The notes beneath the pieces were generated by a model, which was given only the letters and a program-made list of their open reading frames with translations, ran no database searches and was not told where the DNA came from. A stretch of DNA of 64,000 bases from positions 11,820,839-11,884,838 of the forward strand of contig NC_057749.1 in assembly GCF_004010195.1 (NCBI RefSeq), in the 5' to 3' direction. How positions within the stretch are numbered: position 1 is the first letter of the stretch; every line of letters begins with the position of its first letter. The position numbers and the translations under genes were made by a program. Positions 25,979 through 40,200 of this stretch are shown here, one piece after another. Origin of the DNA: Chiloscyllium plagiosum (Eukaryota).

Positions 25979-28900
25979 TTCCTAATGTTACTGATGACTA
26001 CAGGAAGAATTTCAATCTCCTAGACCCAACAAGAAGAACATATCACTCTACCAAAGGCCATTTCTGCATCTTAGCATCTACAGGCCCAGAAAGTAGCTCT
26101 GTTTTACTGCTCTAAAAACCCTGCTCTAGGGTAACTTAGTGCTTATGTTTTATATTTTACAAAAATATAATCAAGAGACAGATCTTAGGAAAACATATTT
26201 TAAAAGCCCTCACCTTACACCCTATTGTAGATTTACAAACAACAATTAAAACTTAGGTTTTATAAAATTTAAAACCTATGTCCAGAAATGCTTGTAATTT
26301 TATAGCCAGTGAGTGAGTGAAAGTTCACTGTTCATTTTTTTCTGAACCCTACAGCAGTTCTTTAACCAAATTCTCATGGCGTCTCCTGTTCTCTTTTCTC
26401 CCATTTAAAGTACCATTGAAAATAAAAATCAAAACAAAGTTCCAAAAACAAAGCAACAGCTTATAAAACAATAATTACTACTCCAAGAAAGAGGAAATCA
26501 GCTCCAGCACTGAAATAAACCTCAAACAAAAAAGATCTTACAGCCACGATCGTTTCCCGTTCACCATTTTGCAAAGTTCACAGTGGTGAGAGAGACACAC
26601 GCACAGTGACGACGGAGAGAAGGAGGTGCACAGTGATGTGGGAGAAGACATAGAAGAACAGAGTGACCAGAGAACTCTCTCATTCCCCGTCTGCACTGAG
26701 GAGATGCAAAGGTCAGGATTAAGTTATTTGGAGTGGTGGGTGATGACAGAAGATTGTTCCCAAGGAGGATGGCTCTATGAACAATATCTGCTGGCATGAA
26801 GGCTAGGAATGACCCTTATCAAACTCACAAACAGTAAAACTTGTGATTATGAGAAAAAGAAACTATTTCTCCCTGCCCTAATCAAGCTGTCTGCAAACTT
26901 TCCCTTAGCATGCTCCACATTTAGCCAGTTGGATGGGACTGTTCTCACCTGCTTCCGTTCTTAAGTAATTGTAGCTGAAGAATCCTCTGCACCATCTTGG
27001 GTGCCATGTTCTCTTCCGAGTTCTCATCTGCTTTCTTGAACTGCTGCAGTCCACCTGCTGTTGCTTGACCCACAATAGCATTAGAGAGGGAATTCGGCCC
27101 AGCAACAGTGGTGGAACAGCAATATATTTCCAGGTCAGAGTTGTCAGTGGTTTGGAGGGAAACTTGAAGGTAGTCACATTCCTATGTATCTGCTGAACAT
27201 ATCCTTCTCAATGGAAATGGTCATGGGTTTGGAAGGTGCCGTCTTTGATGATTTTCTGCAGTGAGCCTTTGTAGATTGTACAAACTGCTGTTCCCGAGTG
27301 TCAGTGGTGGAGGGAGTGGATGCTTGTGGACGTAGTACAAATCAAGCAGGTTGTTTTGTCCTGGTTGGTGTCAAGCTTCTGGAGAGTTGTTGGAGCTGCA
27401 CCCATCCAGGCAAATAGATAGTATTCAATCACACTCCTGACTTGTAGATGATGGATAGGCTTTGATGGGGGTGGGGTTCAGGAGGTGAGTTACTCGCTGC
27501 AGTATTCCTTGGCTCTGACCTGCTCTTGTAGCCACTGTGTTCATTTGGCAATTCCAGTTGAGTTGCTAGTCAATGGTGACTCCCAGGATTCAGTGATGGT
27601 AACACCATTGTATGCCAAGAGGTGGTGGTTAGATTGTCTCTTGTGGGTGATGATCATAGTCTGGCATTTGTGTGGCGCAATTGTTATTTGTCACTTGTCA
27701 GCCCAAGCCTGGGATATTGTGCAGACTTTGTTGCATTTGAACATGGACTACTTCAGTAACTGAGGAGTTATGAATGACACTGAACATTGTGCAATCATCG
27801 GCAAACATCCTCACTTCTGATCTTATGATGGCAGGAAGACCAGGCCAACCAACGACACCCACATCCCACAAATGAGTAAAATAAAAGTACCCACTTCTCA
27901 AAAAACATTAAGTTAAAAAATTACATGCCAATGTTGCCCTTGAAATTTCAGTATTCCAATACATTCAGCTTCCCACAATATATCCTTATGTTGAAAATCA
28001 TCCAAAATAGAGCTGCTTGTGACCCACCCCAATCTAAGTCTAATTCACCCATCAATTTACTGACCTGCAATGGCTTTTGGTTCAACCCAGAATTAAAATT
28101 CTCATCCTCATTGTCAAATGAACCTGGGACATTCTAACACCTTAAAGGCACGACCTAAATGCAAAGTTATTACTTTTGAACAGAAAATTCTAGAGAAACG
28201 CAGCAGATCTGAAAGGGTTTGTGAGATGAGAAACAGAGTTAACATTCTTCCAAAGTCATAATGAATGAGAAATGTTGATGTGGTTTCTATCTCCATAAAC
28301 ATGGTCAGATCTGCTGTGTTTCTTCAGCACTTTCTGTTTTAATTCAGATCTCCAGCATCTATAATATTCCATTTTTGTTATTATTATTTTTGAAGTTGGG
28401 ATGGCCTCCAGTTTTGTGGTATTATAATCAAAACAGCAAGGGGTGGGTTTCACAGTACAAGAAGAAATCAGGGAGGCTATGAGGAAAGATATTTCAGAAA
28501 TTAGAGAATGATATGGGTTCAGGCTCAAAATGGAGAAACTACCAAATGAGACAGTACAAATGAATATCATTTGGTCAAGAAAGAATGATCTCAATCTCAA
28601 TCACCGAATGTAACTTTATCATTCCGTAGATAAGGAGACCAAAACAGCACAAAGGATCTGTACAACAAGGCTTCCTTACTGTTGTACTTCAAATCTCATG
28701 TAATAAAAGACAGCATGCTTTTTGATTTCCTAATTGCTTGCTACACCTGCAGGCTAACCTCTTGTCTTCATCATATAAGCACAATCGGGTACCTCAGGAC
28801 ATCAACATTTACTTACTTAATGCATTTTTAAGAAATATGCCATTATTCTATTCTATAATAGAATTATAGAATACCTACAGTGTGGAAAGAAGCCATTCAG

Positions 28901-30128
28901 TCCATCGAGTCTACACCAAACCTTCAAGGGGCAATAACATTATAATCAGACTAGCCATGATCTTATTGAACAGTGGAGCAGGTTCAAGGAGCTAATGGCC
29001 TACTTCTGCTCCTTATTAGTATGTTTATATGTTGAGGCCAGTACATCGGAACCGTTTGGACACTTAAAGAACTCACTCATCCCTGGGTGGCAAGAACCTC
29101 AAGTGGTGCAGATTCACCATTGAGAGGTAAGAAAAATCTCCCTTCTAATCACAAAGGCTGTGACACAGTATCATAGAAAATACAATCATCAATGCAGCCA
29201 TAAGCCATCATTTCCAAAAGCCATAACATTCTGCCGATCATAAACAGGCCCTGGCTCCGATGGCAAGTCTCTCTCTCTTTTTCTGGCACATTCAGGTGGA
29301 CCATTTCCAACAAGCTTTGAACAGCAAGACGTTAAACCAAATCCCCAATCCCTTCACCAAGGCCCCTCAACTGCAGTCGATCAGCCCCACCCTTACCCCC
29401 CCGATGCCAGTCACCACCATCAGACTACCAGCCCGTCCCAGTAACCCCTCTCCAGAGCGCCTGACATTCCATTTCATAGGGAAACAGTCTGCCTAAGCAT
29501 GGTTGGGAGCTATTATAGGGCTCACCATTACCCCAAACTTACCCCATCCGTGGCCAGACCCCCCACCCACAGCTACAATGAATATGAACCACCTTCGAAG
29601 CGGCTCTTGTAACACCGACACATGGGATTCATAACAGTTTCCTGGCCGTAAAACAATTGTCTATTTTCACGTTGGCAAAAATCTATCAACCCTTCCATCT
29701 GTGTGCTTGTACCTTTAAGCAGCTTCCCTGAGATGCTGAGACTGTGCAGCCTCGGCACCGGCTCATTGCAGCAAGCGCCTTTCCACCCGACACCATCGCC
29801 AATTTTTCCTTGGGAGGTCGAGGGAAAAAAAAACAGCAGGGCAACTGGCCCAGGCTGCACTTGCCGCCCGAGGAGTGATACGGCTGCTTCTTACCTACCT
29901 GTCCCACACTCGGTACCGGCTCCCAGTCTCTGTTCCTTTGTGTTCCCGAGAACCCCTGACCCTGAATAGGCAGCACCCCGCTAACCCCGCACTCTGAGTA
30001 GGACAGACACGTAGCGGCACCCAGCAAGCTGAATACAAACTAATACTTCACACTCAGATTGTGGAGCGCCGAGTGCAGTAGATAGCAGCAATATTGGTAC
30101 CCGAGATCCTGAATGCATAATAATAATG

Positions 30129-30296
30129 GGAGAAAATGAGGACTGCGGATGCTGGAGATCAGAGTCGAAAGTGTGGTGCTGGCCCTTCATCAAGAAATCC
30201 TGATGAAAAGCTTATACAGTCCTCGAAACGTCGATTCTCCTGCTCCTTCGATACTGCCTGAGCGTCTGTGCTTTTCCAGCACCACACTCTCGACTC
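30129..30296. mobile_element. Short palindromic PLE derivative
   Basis: Inverted arms; TSD-like TGCATAATAATAATG / TGTATAATATTAATG. Confidence 0.75.
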
Positions 30297-30871
30297 TGTA
30301 TAATATTAATGCCAAACCCAGGACACTGAATAATTTCATCACGGTCTGGGAGCTGGGAATTGTCAGGTTAGACTGGAACTTTACTTTCCCATCTCGACTG
30401 AGCAACTGCAAGGACCGCAGGTGACAGACAATGCTACAGCAGTTAAACTCATTCAAATCTGAGTTTTCGATTCCAACATAAAATAATTAATTCTGAGCAG
30501 GAGTAGGCCACTCAGCCCCTTGAACCAGCTCTGCCATTCAGTCATTTCATGGCTGATCTCGCTACTCCACACTTCCGCCTACCATAAAATATATGAGCAT
30601 AATTAGGCCGTTCAGCCCATCAAGTTTGCAACAACCCTCTGAATTACATTTCACCTTATCCTATGTGCCTTGCATTTACTGTGGCTAAACCACCTAGCCT
30701 GAACATCCCTGGACACTATGAGGCAATTTAGCATGGCTTAACCTGTTCATCTTTGGATTGTGGGAGGAAACAAGAGCACTCAGGGTCAGAGCCTCTATAC
30801 TCATTTATGCCTCCTGACTCTCTTGAAACTACTGGTGTTTTCCAGCGTGAAGATTTATGTAAAGTACCTAT

Positions 30872-31479
30872 TGTGATGATTCTATGGCTTTAAGAAGTGT
30901 GTTTTGTCCTGGTTTCTTTGAGAGAGAGATTGGAGAGACAGGTATTCTGCAGTCTATGAGAAGATAAACAACTTTAGTGTTTTTTTAAACTTAGAACAAC
31001 AGAAGCAGTCTGAATGGGTGTGGTCAAGTTTCTATCCACAGAACCAGGGACTTTAGGTTTAGTTTTCAGCAGGGTTGGAAGGCAGTGAATCTCTCTTGAC
31101 TGCTTCAAACTCTCTCTGGATTTTTGCTGAATGCTTTTCCTGAGCTGCTGGAGTTGCATGTGAGACAATTCTGTTTTCTGAATTTGCCTTTTGCCAGCAG
31201 TGTGTTTATGGGGATGTAACTATATTGGAACAGTTACTGTTTTGTAGTAAAATATTCTATTATTCTGTTAAGTTTTCCAGTGGAGTTAAGTTATTCCAAA
31301 TTTGTCTTTCTTTTTATTTTTAACTTAGTGTTTGATTAAATTGTGTTCTGCTTAACATTGACTAGTTTGACCAATTGAATTGCATCTGGAACCCATCTCA
31401 CATTTATCTTTAAAATAAGAAAAGGTGGGGTCTAGGCTAACTTAATATGTTTTGAGAGGGTCTGGTCTGATTCATAGTA
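30872..31479 (+). mobile_element. Solo LTR (Gypsy family of 1515-2919)
   Basis: TGTGATG start; shared blocks ctgaatttgccttttgcca and tagtttgaccaat..aattgcatctggaac; matching end. Confidence 0.7.
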
Positions 31480-31980
31480 CGATTCAGTTCCTCCATTATT
31501 TATTTGTTCTGTGTTACTGCTTCTCCAGATTCATTTTCCAGCGGTTCCAATGTCCCCTGTAGTCTCTTACCTTTTTATATATCTAAAAATACTTGTAAGC
31601 TTATATTACTAGCTAGTTTATCTCCATATTTCATCTGCTGCACCCCTTATTGCTTTTTTTAGTTGTCCTCTCTAGCTTTTAAAGGTTTTCTAGTCCTCTG
31701 GCTTCCCACTAATCTTCACTCTGTCCGATACCCATAACCTTGCATGCCCTTGCTTACCAACAATTCTTAAAAACATTCAAAGACTCTGCTTCCACTACCT
31801 TTTGTGGAGAATAATTCTGTTGGTTGACATTTCTGTAAGGGAAAAAAACATCTCAAATGGGTGACCCCCAAGTTATAGAATCTCCCACAAGAGAAAACAT
31901 CCTTTCCACATCAACCCTGCCAAGCCGCCTCTGCATCATAAATGTTTCAAGAATTTTACATATTAGTACCTTTTCTCTCT

Positions 31981-32597
31981 TGTGAAAATACTATGGCTTT
32001 AAGAGGTTTTTTTTTGAAGAGACATTTTAAGGTAGAGATGCCAAGCAGTCCATGAGAAGAGAAACTACTTGTGAAGTCTTGAATGTACTTTTAAAAATTA
32101 GGAACAATAGAAGCAGCCTGGGCATGGTCAAACACCCACCGAACCAGGATCTATTGTTTAGTTTTCAGCAGTTACTATTGGGATCAAAAGTAGAAGTTTT
32201 TTTTTTGTCCCTCTCTTGGTTACAGCCAAAAGCTGAGGCTTTGCTGCCTGCTACAGGAGTTGCATGACAGACAATTTTGGATCTGAATTTGCCTTTTGCC
32301 AAGGGTGTGTTTATGGGATGTTTCTATATTAAAACAGTTAATAGAATAAATAGATACAGTAACTATTATTAATTAAGTTTTCCAATAAAGTTAAGTTATT
32401 CCAAATTATTCTTTCTTTTCTTGTATTTTAACTATAGTGGATGAATAAAGTGTATTTTGTGTTAAATTCAGTAGTTTGACCAATCAAATTGCATCTGGAA
32501 CACAACACTTTTTTAATTTACCTTTTTAAAATAAAAAAAAGTTTGGATCCAAACTATCTTCTGAATATTTTGAGGGGGTTTGGTCTGGCCCATAACG
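31981..32597 (+). mobile_element. Solo LTR, same family
   Basis: Colinear similarity to 30872-31479; ends gagggggtttggtctggcccataacg. Confidence 0.7.
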
Positions 32598-33804
32598 TAC
32601 TACTTGTTGATTTGTTACATCTTCCCAAATTTGATCTATTGCCCTGATTTAGTTTAAAGTCCTTTTTACTTCCCTAGTTATGTTGCTTGGTAAATCACCA
32701 GTTCCAACACAGTTCAGGTGTAAACTGTCCAAACAATAAGTCCCGCTTTCCCAGTTGTGGTGTCAGTGCCTCTCAAACTACAACCCACTTATACCACACC
32801 AGTGTTTGAGCCACGTATCCATTTTTGTACTCTTACTTGCCCTACATTAATTTGGATGTGACTCAGGTAATATCCCAGAGATTATTACCTTTGTGACTTG
32901 ACTTCTTAATTTGGTACTTAGTTCTTTCATACTTCCTTCCTTATCCTACATGGACCGTAACAAAGGGATCTTTCTTCGTCTGAAATTTCCTCGCCAACCC
33001 TGAACTGATGAGCCAAACCTTGACACCAGGCAGACAAAACAACTGATTGAACTCCCACTCTTTGCTTCACAATAAGTTGTCAATCCCCATCACTATACCA
33101 TGCCTTACTAATGTACATTCGTTTTTGCTATCCCCATTTGAATGGCTTCCTGTACCATAATGCCATTATCAGTAGCTCATTCTTCCATTTCATAACTCTG
33201 AGTCAAAGCTCCTTGTGCCACAAACAAATACTGCAAATGTGTTTGCCTTGGGTCAGACTGACATCCAGGAATACCCTATTTGCTATGGCCATGATATATG
33301 ACTTGTCCTACCATTCTTACTATTTTAACTATCACAACTTAACTGGGAACAGTGCACTGATAATCATGCTCTACTTTTGCACAAGGTGTCACAAAATGTA
33401 TAAATGTATAAAGTCCCAATGAAAACACCAAAATGACTAGTGTTCCTGATTGACTGCTACTCCCGATAAAAGCAATTCACATCAGCTTCCTTCAGTTAAG
33501 AAAAAAAACTATATTTTAAAATACTTAGCTTTAACAAGTAAAAAGAAAGGAGTTCTAATTTTTAGAACTTAACCTATACCTCTTCAAAACCTCAAATACT
33601 CAATCAGACAAAAGACAAATGCTTTAACAAATCCGCTTTGGATGGGAAACAATATATACATGGAGAGCAAATTCTAAAGGTCAAAAGTTTAGACCACAAG
33701 TTGGAAAGTTATTTTCCTCACAGTCCTTTTGATTTTTCAGTGAAAAATCAAAATGTAGAATGTAGGATTACAATTGTCATTCAGCTCCATGTTTGATCAG
33801 GTGA

Positions 33805-34845
33805 ACTTAGGTGATCTGATCCAACCCAAACTCTGGATCAGATATGTGGACAATACTTTTGTTATTATTAAGAGAACAGAAATTGAGAACACACACTGAA
33901 TTATCAACACCATACTCACAAGGATCAGATTTACGAGAGAGGAGCAAACCAACAATCAAATCCCGTTCCTGAATGTGATGGTAGAAAAAACATAATGGTG
34001 AATGCACCATGACAGTGTATACAAAAGCCACACACTTGGACCAGATCCTGAACACCTTAAACACACACAAGTGAAGCTGCATTAGGAGCCTGTTCAAAAG
34101 GGCTACAACACACTGCAGCAGTCCCGACCCACAAGGAGAAGAAGAACACCGCCGCAAAATATTCACTAGGAACGGATATCCCTGCTACTTCATTCGCAGA
34201 TGCCTAACAGTGAAACAACGTGACGAGGACAGGCCATGGCCTAATTCACTAGCCACGCTACCTTATATAAAACAAGACTCGGAACTGTCAGCCAGATTTC
34301 TCCAACCACTTGGGTTCATAACAGCCTATAAACCGACAGCCACATTCACACATCAACTCACTAGAACAAAAGACCCTATACCCATCATGTGCAAGACAAA
34401 CATAATTTACAAGATTCCATGTCAAGGCTACATGAAACACTAAATAGGACAAACAGGGAGACAACTAGCAATCCGCATCCATGAACACCAACTGGCCACT
34501 AAACACTACGACCTGGTATCCAAACACACAGATGACAAGGACCACAAAGTCAACTGGGACAACACAACGATCATAGGACAAGCTAAACAGAGGATAGCCA
34601 GAGAATTGCTAGAAGCATGGCACTCATCCACGGACTCCATCAACAAGCACATTGACCTAGATCCAATATACTGACCACTACAATGAACAACCGGAAACAG
34701 CAAGAAAGGAACCAAATAAACTCCAGAAGACACCGTACAGCAGCGCTTCATAGGAGGCTCAAAAGGACTGAAGATTCACCTAGACAGGGGACGAAACATC
34801 TGCAAATCAACTTCTCAGCTTGGTGAACATACCCTCAACTACGAT
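33805..34845 (+). mobile_element. Penelope-like element (second family), decayed RT/GIY-YIG
   Basis: [34 protein letters not shown]; same family as 59240-59850. Confidence 0.9.
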
Positions 34846-35474
34846 ATCAGCTTGTCTTCTCTCCATGGATGTTGCCTGACCCACTGATATCTCCAGCACT
34901 TTTTGTTTCCAGTTCAGATTCCAGCATCTGCAGTAGTTTGCTCCTAGTTAAATTTTATTCCCAACAGCATTTGTATTTTTTAAACAGTTTATCTCCACTT
35001 CCTAATTTTATTTATCACCAAATTATCACCAAAGAGTTTCTGAATCAAACTCATCACTGTTAATTCCAAACAGTAAAAATGTGAAAGTGCTGGTGTTGGA
35101 CTGGGGTGGACAAAATTAAAAATCACATGACACCAGGTTATTGCCCAATAGGTTTATTTGGAAGTACAAGCTTTCAGAACATTTCGTCAGGCAGCTAGTA
35201 GAGTAGGATCATAGGACACAGAATTTATAGCAAAAGATCATAGTGTCATACATTGATGCAATATATTGAACAAACCTAGAATGCTACTAAGTCTTTCATC
35301 TTTTAGAATGGGTTGCAGGTTTTGATTCATTAATATGTAAATCCCAGAACTACTTTCAAGTCACATTCCTGAGATAACTTAAGATTTTATATAAAAAAGT
35401 GACATCTCATCTCAGACAATGCATTAAGGGTGTGAGGTGAGAGTCTGAATGTATTCCAATCTTGAGTCAGACTG

Positions 35475-36700
35475 GTCATAGAGGTGTACAGCACAGAAAC
35501 AAACCCTTCGGTTCAAATCGTCGATGCTAACCAGATATACCAACCCAATCTAGTCCCACCTGCCAGCACCCGGCCCATATCTCTCCAAACTCTTCCTATT
35601 CATATACCCATCCAGATGTTTTTTATATGTTGCAATTGTACTAGGTTCCACCACTTCCTCTGGCAGTTTATTCCATACACGTACCACCCTCTGCATGAAA
35701 AGGCTGCCCCTTAGGTTTCTTTTATATCTTTCCCCTCTCACCCCAAACCTATGCTGTCCTATACAGCGGACAGCTGAAACTGATAACCGGAAGCGGCAGG
35801 GACAGACCACTATAAACACCAGAGGAAACATCAAAGAAGCGCTTCGCAGGAGGCTCCCAAGCACTGATGATGTCGCCTAGCCAGGGGACGAAATGTTTGC
35901 AACAAAAACTTCCAGCTTGGCAAACAGAACCACAACTATGCTGTCTAGTTCTGGACTCCCCCACCGCAGGGAAAAGACTTTGTTTATTTATCCTATCCAT
36001 GCTCATGATTTTATAAACCTCTATAAGATCACCTCCTCAGCATCTGACACCCCAGGGAAAACAGCCCTAGCCAATTCAACCTCTCCCTATAGCTCAAATC
36101 CTTCAACTCTGGCAACTTCCTTGTAAATCTTTTCTGAACCCTTTCAAGTTTAACAACATCTTTCTGATAGGATACTGCGTGCAATTCTGGTCTCCTTCCT
36201 AACAGTGGCCTAACCAATGTCCTGTACAGCCGCAACATTACCTCCCAACTCCTGTACTCAACACTCTGACCAATAAAAGAATGCGTACCAAACACCTTCT
36301 TCACTATCCTATCTACCTGTGACTCCACTTTCAAGGAGCTATGAACCTGTACTCCAAGGTCTCTTTGTTCAGCAACACTCCCTAGGACCTTACCATTAAG
36401 TGTATAAGTCCTGCTAAGATTTGCTTTCCCAAAATGCAGCACCTTGCATTTATCTAAATTAAACTCCATCTGCCATTTCTCAGCCCATTGGCCCATCTGG
36501 TCTCGATCCTGTTGTAATTTGAGGTAACTTTATTCACTGTCCACGACATCTCCAATTTTGGTGTCATCAGCAAACTTACTAACTGTACCTCTTATGCTCA
36601 CATCCAAATCATTTACATAAATGATGAAAAGTAGTGGACCCAGCACCGATCCTTGTGGCACTCCATTGGTCACAGGCCTCCAGTCTGAAAAACAACCTTC
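35475..36700 (-). mobile_element. CR1 LINE 3' fragment interrupted by a PLE end (~35755-35938)
   Basis: [30 protein letters not shown]. Confidence 0.9.
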
Positions 36701-36939
36701 TTATTCTTGAAGATCAACAATTAACTCTTACAAGGTTGACTATTAGTAATAGCCATTCTTGTGGGGTTTTTTTGGAAGTTTAGGTGCAGGTTGTTAGCTC
36801 ACCGCAGTCTGGAGGATGTCACCTTCTCAGACAGGCTGAGGGCAGATCCTTCAGTATCGGAGAGATTATCTTCACCTTTCCTTCCGAGAGCTGCCTCCAT
36901 CCTTTAGCGAGGATTGAGGGAATTGAATAGGAATGGGAC

Positions 36940-37144
36940 AGATCTGACGGTTATCTCCCTGGAACAGAGTCTGTTCGAACCTCTCGCCTATTCCGGGATC
37001 CTCGGGCTTTGATGCTGAGCTTCCTCAGTCCGGCGCCCCGAATTACTGAAGCAGCGAGACTCAAAGATACAAGTATTTGAAAGGCGGCGCGAAAGCGGCC
37101 TCAGAAGGAGGAGGAGGAGGAAGAGGAAGGGCTTCAGGGACAAG
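36940..37144 (+). promoter_or_regulatory. CpG-rich MPHOSPH10 promoter/5'UTR
   Basis: Local CpG enrichment and a GGA/GAA purine run directly before the ATG. Confidence 0.5.
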
Positions 37145-37212
37145 ATGGCGGCGCTGGCGGAGTGCGTGCGACGGTTGGAGCGCGCGGTGGAACAGCCTGA
37201 ACGGCTCCTGAG
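37145..37212 (+). CDS. MPHOSPH10: MPHOSPH10 exon 1
   Basis: Strong Kozak aagATGG in CpG-rich context; [22 protein letters not shown]; AG|GT directly before the N gap. Confidence 0.8.
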
Positions 37213-40200
37213 GTNNNNNNNNNNNNNNNNNNNNNNNNNNNNNNNNNNNNNNNNNNNNNNNNNNNNNNNNNNNNNNNNNNNNNNNNNNNNNNNNNNNNNN
37301 NNNNNNNNNNNNNNNNNNNNNNNNNNNNNNNNNNNNNNNNNNNNNNNNNNNNNNNNNNNNNNNNNNNNNNNNNNNNNNNNNNNNNNNNNNNNNNNNNNNN
37401 NNNNNNNNNNNNNNNNNNNNNNNNNNNNNNNNNNNNNNNNNNNNNNNNNNNNNNNNNNNNNNNNNNNNNNNNNNNNNNNNNNNNNNNNNNNNNNNNNNNN
37501 NNNNNNNNNNNNNNNNNNNNNNNNNNNNNNNNNNNNNNNNNNNNNNNNNNNNNNNNNNNNNNNNNNNNNNNNNNNNNNNNNNNNNNNNNNNNNNNNNNNN
37601 NNNNNNNNNNNNNNNNNNNNNNNNNNNNNNNNNNNNNNNNNNNNNNNNNNNNNNNNNNNNNNNNNNNNNNNNNNNNNNNNNNNNNNNNNNNNNNNNNNNN
37701 NNNNNNNNNNNNNNAAAATGAGTTTACAAAACAAGATGAGACGACAAAGGGCAATGATGGAAAACAGGGAGAGTTAAAAAAACAGATGATAAAGAGAAAA
37801 GACTTCGAAAAAGGTTCAGAAACTGAAAATCTTAGTGATGAAGACTCTGAACTTAACTTTGATATTGATGAAGTTGAGAAAAAGACTAAAGTCCAGGGAA
37901 AGAGCTCGAGTTTTACTGGCAGCTCTGAAATAGATGATAAATTTTTTAGACTTGCAGAAATGGAAAATTTTTTAGAGAAATTTGAGAAGGAAGAAGAGAT
38001 GCAGAAAGATGATGATGAAATTCATTATTTTGAAGATATTCCCTCTGAAGATGAAGAACTTGTCCCCAAAATAAAGACTAAAAGAAAGGTAACAACATTA
38101 CCACAGTGTTCTGCCTCACTGCATGATGACCCTGAATCCTGTTCCATGACAGAGAGAAGCCCCACCCCTAACAGCACTGACCTCTGCTCTCTAACCCCTG
38201 CTCCGTAACAGCACTGATACTAGCTACCTGAACCCCCCTTGTCGATATCCCTGACCTCTGCTCCTTAACAGACCTGGCCTCCCCCTGCTCCTCAACAGCA
38301 AGGTAAATGCTGAGGATGTTTCCCCTTATAGGAGGGTCTAGGACCAAACGGCATAGTCTCAGAATAATGAAGCGCCAATTTAAGACTGAGAGAAAGAGAA
38401 ATTTCTTCTGGGGGTTGAGAGTTTTTGGAAGTTGCAATAGAGAACTGTGGGAGCAGAGTTCTTTTGTATATTTAAGACTGAGGTAGATTGAGTCCCCTCC
38501 TGACCAAGAATCTTAAGATTATGGGGAAATGCAGGAAAATTGATGAGTGTCAGATCAACCATGATCCCATTGAATGGTAGAGCAGGCTCAAGGGTCTGAG
38601 CTGTCTACTCCTGTTCCTATTCCTTATGAAAGGAAACCTCGCAACGTTTACCCTGTCAAACCCACTAAGGTTCTAATACACCTCAAAGAGATTGGAATTC
38701 GCAAGAATGACATTCAGAGTAGAAGTCCAAACCTGTTCAACGTTTGTTCATACAACAATCCCTCTGTACTAAGGACTGTCCTATTGAGCCTTCTCTGAAC
38801 TGCCTCCAATGAAATGATGCCTTTCCTAAAATAGGGAGACCAAAATTGATCTAAGTACTTTAGATGTGGTCTCATCAGCACCCTGCATAGTTGCAGTAAA
38901 ACTTTCCAACTCCTTTGGAATAAGGGCCAATGTTCCAATAGCCTTCCTGATTTACCTTTCATGAAGGTCCTCACATCTGGCTCCCTCTCTGTCTCTACAT
39001 CTGTCTCCTTCACTCTGACTCCCTCTCCCACCCTGTCTCACGCGCTATCTGTGCTGAGTGCTGCACATTGTGGACAGTCATGTTGTAAGATGAAACCAGA
39101 GTCAAATTTTTACAGATTTTTGTTGTTTGAAGAGTTCCAGAAACCTACAGTACAAGGATTTCTTTGACCCAGTTGAGGATGAGAAACCCATGGTGAAAGA
39201 CAACGATGAGGAGAAAGAAAGTGTTGAGGCAGAAGATGAACCAGATGCAGAAGAATTTGAGCCGGAGGAAGAAACGGATGAGTATGTTTTCTGAGGTTGA
39301 TTACCTTAACCTATAAGCCTAAAAAGCTATATCGCACTGGGTTCAGGTCTCCAATTGTTGACTCTAAACTCCCACTCCAACCTCAACCTCTGATAGTTCA
39401 AATGACTGGCAGAAACAGCGCTTTTTGGCCAATAGTTTGGTGTGCCACAGATGGAATATAAAACCTCTCAACAGGACCATCTCTCATCCTCTTCATTACC
39501 TAGGAATATAAACGTAATTTATCTGTTTCCAATGTTCCATATGATCCAGGTGACTATTGCCAGAGTTTGTTTCATCTGCCATTTCATTATTGTCTACGAT
39601 TAACGCCCAATTTGTAGAGGACCAACACTCAGTTTACTTTTTTTTCCTTTTTAAATATCTAGAAATTCTCACCATTTTTATATTTCTAACTAGCTTTCAT
39701 ACTCAAATTCCTTCCTCCTGATTAACCTTCTAGTCATTCTGTACCATTCTTTATATTCTGATGAATCATCTGACCTGTCACTTATCATTGCACAGGTATT
39801 TTTGTTTTCCTTGAGTTTCATGCTTTCTCTAAGTTACCAACAGATGGGGAGACATCCCTTAATTTTTTTTAGTAGTAGGAATATACTTATTCTGAGTATT
39901 CAGCAATAACCCCTTAAATAGACTGTCTCTCTATTGATCTATCCATTGAAAGTAGACATATTCTTTTTACAAACTAAAGTGTATTTATTAATTAATATTG
40001 CATTAATGTGGGTTCCTTTCTGTGATCCAGAAACCAGGAGGAGATGGCTGAGTCGGAGTGTGCCCAAGAGGCCAAAGGGGCAAATCAGAAAGTTCGCTTT
40101 AACCTGCCAGATGACAGTGATGGGAAAGAATTAGCCAGTGTGACAGGAGGAAACAAACCAGAAGAGACAAAGTCAACCTTTGAGAAGCGGCAAGAAAAGG

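Noticed and set aside
36988-37777. Long ORFs of 206-248 aa
   Set aside because: Artefacts of translating through the 500-N gap.
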